A stretch of DNA of 64,000 nt, taken from the NCBI GenBank assembly GCA_050179645.1, contig JBFXEX010000002.1:5638-69637 (forward strand). The letters run 5' to 3'. This document shows positions 38,488 to 47,600 of this stretch, in pieces. The DNA is from Xanthobacteraceae bacterium. Its GTDB lineage: Bacteria; Pseudomonadota; Alphaproteobacteria; Rhizobiales; Xanthobacteraceae. A program made the translations under genes and the position numbers. The notes beneath the pieces were generated by a model. It saw only the letters and a program-made list of their open reading frames with translations. It was not told the DNA's origin and searched no databases. Numbering within the stretch: the first letter of the stretch is position 1; every line of letters starts with the position of its first letter.

Positions 38488-39681
38488 CTAATTTCTAAGA
38501 AATTCTCTCATTTCGTCGAACAAACGCTGCCAGCTCGGGTCGCCTTCCAGAATCACGTGATTGCGGCCTTCGAGCGCCACGAAACGCGCGCCGGGAATTC
38601 CTGCCGCAAGAATGCGGCCCTCATCGAAAGGTTGAACGGCATCGTTGCGGCAATGCAGAACGAGGGTCGGAGTCCGGACCTGCGGAAGCAAGTCAGTCAC
38701 ATCGATATCGTCGGAAATGTACCGCATCCGCACGGCATTCTCCGGCGATGTGGTGAGTTTCTGCAAGTCATTGTACCACCGCATCTGCTCCAACGTTCCG
38801 CCGGGAATGAATAACGATGTGAATATTTGCCGGAAGGCTGGGTTATCCTGGCCCCATCCCTCACGCATCAGGATCGCGATGGCATCCGAGCTCTGCAGTT
38901 CCTGCAGCGATCCGCGCCGCCGCCGGCCGCGCGCAAACCCGCCGTACAGCACCAGGTGGCTCACCCGTTCCGGATGGCGCAACGCATAGACGATGGACAC
39001 GGAACAACCCTGCGACATGCTAAATAGCGGGAAGCGCTCGATCCGGGCAGCGTCGACCACCGTCTCAAGATCTCGGACCCGCGCTTCGAACGACAGATCA
39101 TCGACCTCCCAGTCCGACAGGCCGTTGCCGCGGGTATCGTAGCGGATCAGCCGATATTCGGCCGCGAGCGCGCGCAGATGGGGGGCCCAGACCGGGCTGT
39201 CCCAATCATGTTCGAGATGCGTGAGCCAGTGGCCGGTCTTCACCAGCGGCGGCCCCGCTCCGACCCCCGCATACGCGATCCGCACGCCGTCCGAAGCAGT
39301 GCAGAACTTAACCTCCTGCCGCAGATGTGACCCCGGCGACCGGATTGCGGCCGGCTCTGGGGCGGGCACGGTCGGCTGATCGACGTCCGCGATGAAGCGG
39401 ATGCCCTTTCGTGAAATGGTACGGATCAGGCGCTGCTCCCTGCCGCTGTCGCCGATCGCCTTTCGCGCCGCGTTGATGCGGCTGGTGACCGTCGAGTCGG
39501 AGACGATGCGTCCACCCCAGATATCGGCGATCAGGTCATCCCGGCTGACCACGCGATCGCGATTCTGCACCAGGTAAACCAGCAGGTCGAAAACCTGCGG
39601 TTCGACATCGATGGGCTTGGCGCCGCGGCACAGCTCGCGTCGGTCGGTATCAAGCACCAGATCGGCAAAGCGAAATTGCAT
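38488..39681 (-). CDS. winged-helix (OmpR/CadC-type) DNA-binding domain fused to alpha/beta hydrolase
   Basis: Start MQFRFADLVLDTDRRELCRGAKPIDVEPQVFDLLVYLVQN...IRTISRKGIRF (trans_reg_C). The C-terminal 270 aa have an alpha/beta-fold pattern (FSMSQGCSV nucleophile elbow; NHVILEGDP). The 156-aa N-terminal extension in the track ORF was rejected. Confidence 0.8.
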   Translation of the reverse strand: MQFRFADLVLDTDRRELCRGAKPIDVEPQVFDLLVYLVQNRDRVVSRDDLIADIWGGRIVSDSTVTSRINAARKAIGDSGREQRLIRTISRKGIRFIADVDQPTVPAPEPAAIRSPGSHLRQEVKFCTASDGVRIAYAGVGAGPPLVKTGHWLTHLEHDWDSPVWAPHLRALAAEYRLIRYDTRGNGLSDWEVDDLSFEARVRDLETVVDAARIERFPLFSMSQGCSVSIVYALRHPERVSHLVLYGGFARGRRRRGSLQELQSSDAIAILMREGWGQDNPAFRQIFTSLFIPGGTLEQMRWYNDLQKLTTSPENAVRMRYISDDIDVTDLLPQVRTPTLVLHCRNDAVQPFDEGRILAAGIPGARFVALEGRNHVILEGDPSWQRLFDEMREFLRN

Positions 39682-39890
39682 CGACGCACCAGACCGGATC
39701 GCGGGGCCGGTTCTCAAGAAATAATCAAGACATTCTCCAGAACAAATCAAGCACCCCGCAAAGTCTTTCAGCTGCCCGGCAGGCACCCTCCGGCGCAATT
39801 CGACGCCCCGTGATCGTCCAGTGGAGGAACGATGCCGAGCTGGAACCCGATGGCGGAGTTGATCGCTGCGGCAATGCATCGGCCGATGGC

Positions 39891-40181
39891 ATGGCAGGCC
39901 GCAATCCCGATGGCTCCATCGACTATGGCTACTACCGGCGACAGGCGAGCAAGCTCCGTCGCGCCAAGCTGCGTGAATCGTTGAACCGAACCGCGCGCTA
40001 CGGAGCGCCGCTGATCGCCGTCGCGATTGCCGCTTTGGCGATGCTCGCCATCTCGGCTGGCGGACGTCAGTTGCCGCTCGAACATGCCGATGTGGCGAGT
40101 TTTTGGATGGACGACATTTCCCAACGCATCGTCGGTTCGTCCACTCGTCCATTCAAAGCCAATGACCAACGCAAAATTTGA
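39891..40181 (+). CDS. hypothetical small single-pass membrane protein
   Basis: Internal ATG of track ORF 39810..40181. N-terminal IDYGYYRRQASKLRRAKLRE is followed by a TM helix (PLIAVAIAALAMLAI). This resembles small proteins common in alphaproteobacteria. Weak evidence. Confidence 0.3.
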   Translation: MAGRNPDGSIDYGYYRRQASKLRRAKLRESLNRTARYGAPLIAVAIAALAMLAISAGGRQLPLEHADVASFWMDDISQRIVGSSTRPFKANDQRKI

Positions 40182-40188
40182 GGGTGTC

Positions 40189-40983
40189 ATGACCAAGATC
40201 GTTGCATTTCTCTACGGACTCGTGGCCTACGCCATCTTCTTCGTCACGTTTCTCTATGCCATCGGCTTCGTCGAAGGCCTGTTCGTGCCGAAAACAATAG
40301 AAACCGGCGCGGTGGCGCCGCTGGCCGAGGCACTCGTCGTCAATCTCCTGTTGATGGCGCTGTTTGCCATGCAGCACAGCGTGATGGCGCGGCCAGCGTT
40401 CAAGGAATGGTGGACGCACTACGTGCCGAAATCGGTCGAACGCAGCACCTACGTGCTGTTTACCTGTCTCGCGCTTATCCTGTTGTTCTGGCAATGGCGG
40501 CCAATCCCGACGGTTGTCTGGCACGTCGCCAATCCGGCAGCGGCCTACGCCATCATGGGCCTGTCGTTCGTCGGCTGGCTTCTGGTGCTGACCTCAACCT
40601 TCCTGATCAACCATTTCGAACTGTTCGGACTGCATCAGGTCACCAATAATCTCGCCGGCCGCGACATGCCGCCGCCGCGGTTCAAGACGCCGGTGCTCTA
40701 CAAGGTCGTGCGCCATCCGATCTATCTCGGGTTCATCATCGCGTTCTGGGCGGCGCCGACGATGACCGTGGGGCATCTGTTGTTTGCCGCGGTCACGACG
40801 GCCTACATCTTCGTCGGAATCTGGCTCGAGGAGCGCGACCTCGTGGCGCTCTTCGGCGACGAATACCGCCGCTACCGGCAACGCGTGTCGATGCTCATCC
40901 CGTGGGGCAAGTCCGCAGGCGCCGTGCGTACCGAGAACGCCGTAAGCACCCCGAGGCTCACACCCGCCGACGGACGCCGTTAA
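40189..40983 (+). CDS. ICMT-family membrane methyltransferase, MddA-like (candidate methanethiol S-methyltransferase)
   Basis: Starts MTKIVAFLYGLVAYAIFFVTFLYAIGFV, with FAMQHSVMAR, INHFELFGLHQV, LYKVVRHPIYLGFIIAFW and EERDLVALFGDEYRRY. This is the isoprenylcysteine carboxyl methyltransferase-like signature, as seen in MddA. Alternative start at 40162. Confidence 0.7.
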   Translation: MTKIVAFLYGLVAYAIFFVTFLYAIGFVEGLFVPKTIETGAVAPLAEALVVNLLLMALFAMQHSVMARPAFKEWWTHYVPKSVERSTYVLFTCLALILLFWQWRPIPTVVWHVANPAAAYAIMGLSFVGWLLVLTSTFLINHFELFGLHQVTNNLAGRDMPPPRFKTPVLYKVVRHPIYLGFIIAFWAAPTMTVGHLLFAAVTTAYIFVGIWLEERDLVALFGDEYRRYRQRVSMLIPWGKSAGAVRTENAVSTPRLTPADGRR

Positions 40984-41093
40984 CCGCCCGGCCGCATCAT
41001 CGGCCACCGTCACGTCAGGCGGCCGATCGATCCGGCGCATTCCCGACCGCGCCATTCCGGCGCCCACTCTCTCAACCTGAAAGGAAAACTCCC

Positions 41094-41645
41094 ATGAACT
41101 CGCTCTCAAAGTCCGGCTGCGTCTTCGCCGCCGTCCTGCTGCACGCCTCCGCCGCGAACGCCGAAGCGCCCGACGCGATCGCGGCGCGCGGCGAAACCCA
41201 CGTCGCGACCGTCCACGCGCAGGGCGCTCAAGTATACGAGTGCAAGGCCGACGCCGCCGGCAAGCTCGCCTGGCAATTCCGCGAGCCGATCGCCACGCTG
41301 TTCGAACACGGCAAGACTGTCGGCCGCCACTATGCCGGGCCGAACTGGGAGTTCGCCGACGGCAGTGCGATCGTCGGCAAGGTGGTCGCCCGCGCGCCAG
41401 GCGCGACCGACAACGACATCCCGCTGCTGAAGCTCGAAGTGACGTCGCGGCGCGGGACCGGCCGGCTCGCGGAAGTGACTACCATCCAGCGGATCAATAC
41501 CAAGGACGGTGTTACCGAAGGATCCTGCCCCAAGGCCGGCGCGTTCCTGAGCGTGCCGTACGCGGCGGACTATGCCTTCTATCGCAAGTCGCGCCAGTCA
41601 GCCGCTCCAGACTCCACACGGACCGCCGAGCGCGGCCCGAGATGA
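41094..41645 (+). CDS. DUF3455-like secreted protein
   Basis: Signal peptide MNSLSKSGCVFAAVLLHASAANA, then GAQVYEC...GKLAWQF.EP.A.L...GRHYAGPNWE..DGS and VPYAADYAFY. Matches my recollection of DUF3455. Confidence 0.65.
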   Translation: MNSLSKSGCVFAAVLLHASAANAEAPDAIAARGETHVATVHAQGAQVYECKADAAGKLAWQFREPIATLFEHGKTVGRHYAGPNWEFADGSAIVGKVVARAPGATDNDIPLLKLEVTSRRGTGRLAEVTTIQRINTKDGVTEGSCPKAGAFLSVPYAADYAFYRKSRQSAAPDSTRTAERGPR

Positions 41646-41791
41646 GGTCGCCGGACAGCCGCGTCGCGAGGGGTTCAAGCCCGCCTGCGACGCGACGGCC
41701 GCCGATCCAGCCCGTCAAGATTTCCTTGCTCCCACCATGGGAACATGCCGAATACGATGCTGTCGATGCGCTGACCGTATCCAAGTGGCGT

Positions 41792-43075
41792 CTAGCCCGG
41801 CGAGGTCGCGGCAACCGGCCCGCCAAGTCCATCGCGTCCGTAGATGTCGTCGCGGAATTGCAGCACGCCGTCGGCGGTCGCCCAGCCGGTGACATAGACC
41901 CAGTGCAGCGGCACCGGCTTGGCCAGCTTGGCGTCCTTGCGTTCGGCATCCTTGATGACGCGGTCGACCTCGACCCGTGGCCAGGCCGGCGTCTCCGACA
42001 ATATCCAGTAGACCAGTTCGCGCACGTTCTGGATGCGCACGCAGCCTGAAGAATGGAAACGAAACTCCTCGCCGAACAGGTTCTTGAGCGGCGTGTCGTG
42101 CATGTAGACCTGGTGCTGGTTGGGAAAATTGATCTTGATCGCACCCAGCGAATTCAGTTCGCCCGGGTCCTGCTTGAACATGTAATGCACCGCCTCGTTG
42201 GTTTCCCAGTTGACGTCGGTCGGCTGCAGCTCGCGGTTCTTGCGGTCGAAAATGCGGATACGGTTCTTGGTGAGATAGTCCGGCTCCGACTGCATCTTCG
42301 GAATGAGATCGCGCCGCACGATCGACACCGGCACCGTCCAGTACGGATTGAAGTTGATCTCAATGATGCGGCTGTTGAGCTCGGGCGACGGCCGGTCGGG
42401 CTTGCCGACCACGCCGATATGGCGCGACACGCAGACGCCGTGCTCGATCGCCTCGACTTGCGCGGCCGGAATGTTGACGGTGACGAAGCGGGGCGCGAGG
42501 TGACCGCTCAGCGCGCGCAGGCGCGGGAGGTTGACGCGAAGCTGCGCGAGGCGCTGCTCTGCCGAGACGTTCAACGCCTTGTAGGTCGGCTCACGCACGA
42601 TGCCGTCGATGGTGATGCCGTGCCGGGCCTGAAACCGGCGCACCGCGGCCTCGACATAGGAATCGAAGATGTCGCTGGTGCCAGACGCGGTATCGAGGTC
42701 GCCCGACGCTAGCAGGCGCTTGCGCAGCGCCATGACGCTGGCATGGCGGTGGCCGATCCGTAGCCGCTCGATCACCGGCACCGTCGGCCAGCCGCCCCGC
42801 GTCACGATCGCTTCGTAGCGGGCGACCGCCTGTTCGGTGGCCTGCGCGGTCGCCGGCGACAACGTCGGTAGCGACGCCTTCGGCAGCAGGATGGTGCGGG
42901 ACGTCGAGTCGAAGCCCTGGCCGAACTCGCTCTGCTGGCCCTGCCGGATGAGCGCTTGCAGCAGCGGATCTTCGGCGGCGAGCGCGGCGTGCCCGAGCGC
43001 GCAACCGGCCGCGCCGCCGGCCATGCGGCCGAGCAGTTCTCTGCGGGTCACCCTGGATCGGCTGCGGTCCACCAT
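41792..43075 (-). CDS. L,D-transpeptidase with peptidoglycan-binding domain (YcbB-like)
   Basis: Start at MVDRSRSRVTRRELLGRMAGG (twin-arginine-like leader). PG_binding_1 segment (VEAAVRRFQARHGITIDGIV). YkuD catalytic region ending in HSSGCVRIQN (His/Cys). Confidence 0.88.
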   Translation of the reverse strand: MVDRSRSRVTRRELLGRMAGGAAGCALGHAALAAEDPLLQALIRQGQQSEFGQGFDSTSRTILLPKASLPTLSPATAQATEQAVARYEAIVTRGGWPTVPVIERLRIGHRHASVMALRKRLLASGDLDTASGTSDIFDSYVEAAVRRFQARHGITIDGIVREPTYKALNVSAEQRLAQLRVNLPRLRALSGHLAPRFVTVNIPAAQVEAIEHGVCVSRHIGVVGKPDRPSPELNSRIIEINFNPYWTVPVSIVRRDLIPKMQSEPDYLTKNRIRIFDRKNRELQPTDVNWETNEAVHYMFKQDPGELNSLGAIKINFPNQHQVYMHDTPLKNLFGEEFRFHSSGCVRIQNVRELVYWILSETPAWPRVEVDRVIKDAERKDAKLAKPVPLHWVYVTGWATADGVLQFRDDIYGRDGLGGPVAATSPG

Positions 43076-43239
43076 CGTCCCACACATTACGCGACAGCAC
43101 GAGCCGACACCTAACATGTGGCAGTACGGTGACCAACCCCGGAACCGAGACAAGCCGCCCTCGAGGAACGAGCCCCGGAAATGCGAAAGCGCGACCCAGC
43201 GATGCCGGGCCGCGCTTTGCATGGCGCCATCGTGCGCGA

Positions 43240-43755
43240 TTACAGCCGGTAGAGAATCTGGTCGGTCCAGAACCGCTCGAGCCGGTGCAGCGACTTGTTG
43301 AGCGAGGCGAACTCCTCGGCGTTGATGCCGCCGACCTGCTCCACCGTGCGCACGTGCTTCTGGTAGAGCGTGTCGACGATGTTGCGCACCTCGCGGCCCT
43401 TTTCGGTGAGCTTGATGCGCACCGAGCGCCGGTCGACCCGCGAACGTTGGTGATCGAGGAATCCCATCTCGACGAGCTTCTTCAGATTGTACGAGACGTT
43501 CGAGCCGAGATAGTAGCCGCGCGTGCGCAGCTCGCCCGCCGTCAGTTCCTTCTCGCCGATATTGTAGAGCAGCAGAGCCTGGACCGAGTTGATGTCGGCG
43601 CGGCTGCGCCGATCGAACTCGTCCTTGATGACGTCGAGCAACCGGCGATGCAGCCGTTCGACCAAGGTGAGAGCTTCGAGGTAGAGCGGGCGGACCTGCT
43701 CAAAGCGCACTTCGCGCTCAGCCGGCTCCGCCGTCTTGACAACGGCTTTCATCAT
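43240..43755 (-). CDS. MarR family transcriptional regulator (LdtR-like, upstream of the L,D-transpeptidase gene)
   Basis: Winged-helix region (ELTAGELRTRGYYLGSNVSYNLKKLVEMGFLDHQRSRVDRRSVRIKLTEKG). Same strand as, and immediately upstream of, the transpeptidase gene. Start at MMKAVV. Confidence 0.8.
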   Translation of the reverse strand: MMKAVVKTAEPAEREVRFEQVRPLYLEALTLVERLHRRLLDVIKDEFDRRSRADINSVQALLLYNIGEKELTAGELRTRGYYLGSNVSYNLKKLVEMGFLDHQRSRVDRRSVRIKLTEKGREVRNIVDTLYQKHVRTVEQVGGINAEEFASLNKSLHRLERFWTDQILYRL

Positions 43756-43998
43756 GACGCCTTTTCCTGTGATCTTAGTTTTGTCACGGCGAGGCCCTGT
43801 TCCCCCGCTCTTCGCCAACCATAAGCCGCAGGGTCTAAAATCGGTTTAAACAACACGATAAAAATAGGGTTTATTTGCCACGGTGAATGATCGATTGATG
43901 CGATAATACGAGCCGTTCTCGCAACGCTTCATTCACGCTGAAGATTGTGTTGCAACGCGCAGCGCCGCCTCCGTGAGCGTCGATAGATCGAACGTTTC

Positions 43999-44658
43999 TC
44001 ATGCCCTGGGCAGCGTTCGCGCGGCCGCAAGAATTTCATCGGTGGATGGAAACCTCCCGATCCCGGCCAGGCCCTCGGCGCATTCGATATTGGCCCATCG
44101 CACGATGCCGTCGCGATCGACCAGGAACTGGCCTTTGAGCTGCGGCCATTGCCGTCCCACATCGGCCGCATCGGCTTCGTTCATCGCGTAGCCGTCAAAT
44201 TGTTTTCCAGCGACTTCGGCGGCCTCCTCGATGGTCAACGGCGCGGGCAAATCGCCCTCGGGATTGATCCGCACCGTCGCCCACTCGTGAAGGAATTCCG
44301 GAGTCGCAGCCGGCTTCGGCAGGCCATAGGCACGATGCGTCGAGAGTTCCGGGTCTGCACCCAGGCGCAGACGGCACGGTCGATACTTGAAGTAGAGGCG
44401 GGCATTTTCCGGAGCGGTCGCCACCACTCCGATCGTTTCCACGCCGAGAGCCTTGAGCTTGTTCTCGTTCGCAGCGACCTGTGCGATTGCACGCCGGCAG
44501 AACGGGCACCACAGCCCGACGAACAGCGCAAGGAATACCGATTTCCTGCCGCGATAATCGGCGAGCGAAACGGTGCCGCTGCCGTCGATTGCGGGAAGCC
44601 GAAAATCGGGCGCCGCTTCGCCGAGCGAGACCGGCGGACGAAGCTCGGTTGTCGACAT
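43999..44658 (-). CDS. peroxiredoxin-like / AhpC-TSA family thiol-disulfide oxidoreductase
   Basis: 219 aa. APDFRLPAIDGSGTVSLADYRGRKSVFLALFVGLWCPFCRR is a thioredoxin-fold redox motif. Confidence 0.8.
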   Translation of the reverse strand: MSTTELRPPVSLGEAAPDFRLPAIDGSGTVSLADYRGRKSVFLALFVGLWCPFCRRAIAQVAANENKLKALGVETIGVVATAPENARLYFKYRPCRLRLGADPELSTHRAYGLPKPAATPEFLHEWATVRINPEGDLPAPLTIEEAAEVAGKQFDGYAMNEADAADVGRQWPQLKGQFLVDRDGIVRWANIECAEGLAGIGRFPSTDEILAAARTLPRA

Positions 44659-44689
44659 GAAGAGCCTCCTTCGTCGCCCGCTGTACTCC

Positions 44690-47600
44690 CTACGTCAGAA
44701 ACGGCAGAACCATGAGAGCATCGGGCTCGATCCCGGCGCGCGCGCACACCTCCTGCGACTTCGCCAGGTAGATCTCGGCCCGCGCATGATCGCCGGCATC
44801 GAGATACAGGGTCGCGAGGCCATCGTAGCACGGGAACAGAAGTTGCGGCTCGCCGATCTGTTCGGCGAGACCGAGCGCTTCCTGGTAGGACGCCAGGGCC
44901 TGCGCATGATCGCCATGACATTGATGGATCTGCCCGAGCACGATCAGCGGCACCGCGAGATGGTCGAGCAATCCCAGCCGGCGATCGAGATCGGCCGCCA
45001 CCTGCGCCGCCTCCATTCCTTCCGCCTCGCAACGATCCGTCAACGCGCAATATGCCACGGCCAGGTTGGCGTAGAGCCGCGACTGGAAACCGAGATCGCC
45101 CACCTTCTTCGCGGTCTCGAGTCCGCGCAGGCACGTCTCGATGCTGCGGGGCGGATCGAGCGAACTGTAGAGTACGCCCAGGTTGGTGTAGCCGCGGCAG
45201 GCCGCCTGCAATAACTCCCGAGCTTCGGCGAGCGAGATGCTCCGTTCGATATGCGTGACCGCCTCGCCGAGACGGCCGGTCCGTGCCAGCGCCACGCCCA
45301 GGGTATTGTAAGCCTGCGCCCGCGTGACCGCGATATCCCGCGCCCGTTCGGTGTCGGCGACGTCGCCCCCTTCCCCCGCTTCGGCCAACGCGCGCTCAGC
45401 CCAGGCGATGGCGCCCGCATTGTCGCCGTCGCGAAAGGCGAGCCGTCCGATTTCCTGGAACAGCTGCGCCCGCTCGACGGCATGGCCGTTGTGGCCAAGG
45501 CGTTCGAGGCCCGCTTCGAAGCAGCCGCCGGCGCGCTTGCGGTCGCCGGCTTCCCAATGCAGTCCGCCGACCTTGCGATAGAGGCGCGCGGCGCCGGCGA
45601 AATCGGACGCCGCTTCGCATTCCTGGCGCACCGCTTCGTAGTGCGCGAGCGCCTCGTTCCGCCGCCCTGTAAGCGCAAAGAGATCGGCGAGCCGCTCCCG
45701 CGCCGCCTGCACCTGGTCGCGGCAATCCCTGCAATCGGCGAGTGTGCGCAGCGCCCGCTCGTAATGACGGATCGCATCCTCGTTGGCGTACACGGCCCGC
45801 GCCCAGTCGCCGCCCGCGATGAGGTAGCGCGCACCCTTGAGCTGGTCGGATGACAGGCTCCAATGGTGACCGAGCGCTTCGATGTCGCCCAGCCGTTGCG
45901 GATGCGGCCCGACGGCTCGTTCGAGTGCGCGACCGGCACGCTCGTGCAATTCGGTCCGTCGCGTAAGAAGAAGATTCTGGTAGACGGCTTCATGCACAAG
46001 GGCGTGGGTAAATTCATAGCGCCCGCACGCGCCGCCGTGATCGGGCCGCCGAAGGAGATCGGCCTCGACGAGGCGATCGAGACCCTGCGCGATGCCATCC
46101 GCGTGGGTTGCCACGCCACGCAGCAGCGCCTCGTCGAACGCGGCGCCCAGGACGGCCCCTTCCTGCAGAAGACGCCGGGTGTCCGCGGAAAGCCGGTCGA
46201 CGCGGGAGAGCAGCAAGCCGTGCAGCGTGGGAGGAATGTCCACGGCCTCGCAGGTCGTCGTACACGCCCAATGTTCGCCATCGCGTACCAGCACCCCCTT
46301 CCCCACCAGGCTGCGAATGATCTCCTCGACGAACAGCGGGTTGCCGCCGGCCTTGGTCGCCACGAAATCCTGGAGATGAGGCAGCATGTCGCCGGCCGCT
46401 GCGCCGAACAAGCTGCCGACCAGGGCCCGCGTCTGGTCGGGCGTGAGAGCAGTGAGCCGGATGATCGTCTGCGCGGCCTGCAGGACTTTCGGCGGAGCTG
46501 CGTCGGCGCGATGCGACAGCAGCAGCATCAGCGGCCGGTCGACCAGTTGATCGACGACATAGCGCAACAGCTCGATCGACGCGGCGTCGGCCCAATGCAA
46601 GTCCTCGATGACGATCAGCAAGGGAGAATGATGCAGCCGCCGTTCGAGCAGAGCGCGCGCGGCAAGCGCGATCTGCCGCCGAAGCTGCTCGGGCTCGACT
46701 TCGCGCAGCCGCGCCTCCTCCATGCCGAGCACGTAGCTCAGCAATGGGGCCATGGTCTCCGCCTCCCTGGCATCGGCCCCGAGCGTCCTGAGCCCGCTCT
46801 CGAGCTTTTGCCGCGCGACGTCGAGCGTATCCGTCGCCGCGACGTGATACGCCTCACGGAACAGCGCGCTGAAGACGCCGTAGGTCGGCTCGCCCAGTGA
46901 CGAACAGCTGATCCGGCGCAGCGTGATCCGGGAGAGGCTGCCGTCGGCATCGAGTCGCGCCAGGAATTCGGCGATCACCCGCGACTTGCCGACGCCCGCC
47001 TCGCCGACCAAGCTGACGACCTGCGCCCGGTGATCCATCTCGTCGAACAGCGCGCGCAGTTGCTCGAGTTCGTCGGCGCGGCCGATCAGCGGCGTCGCAA
47101 GCCCATGGGCCGAGAGCCCGCGCGCCGATCCGGGCTCGGCAAGCGCGCCGACGAGGCTGTGAACCACCACCGGCTCCGACTTGCCGCGCAACGCCAGCTC
47201 GCGGGGCGGATCGAAGGCGAAGCGATGCGACGTCAACGCATAGGTGGCGTCCGAGACCAAGACCGCGCCCGAGGCAGCAGCAAGCAGGCGGGCCGTGGTG
47301 TTGACGGTGTCGCCGGTGACCGCATAGGCGGCGCCCGCGGCGCTGCCGAGACTGCCGGCGACGACCGGGCCGGTGTGGACGCCGATGTGCAACGTGACCG
47401 GCTGGCCGAGGCGCTGCGCCCATTGCTCGCTCAGCACGGCGCTGCGGGCGAGCATGTCGAGCGCGGCGTGGAGCGCGCGCTCCGGATCGTCCTCGTGCGC
47501 AATCGGCGCGCCGAACACCGCCAGTACCGCATCGCCGACGAACTTCTCGACGAAGCCATCGTATCGCGCGATGGCCTGCGCCAGCGCCTCGAACAGCGCA

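Noticed and set aside
44235-45134. 299-aa minus-strand ORF bridging the peroxiredoxin-like gene and the end of the cyclase gene, plus 413-aa (45040..46281) and other alternative frames.
   Set aside because: These are alternative frames of two well-supported genes, with Arg/Ser/Pro-rich translations.
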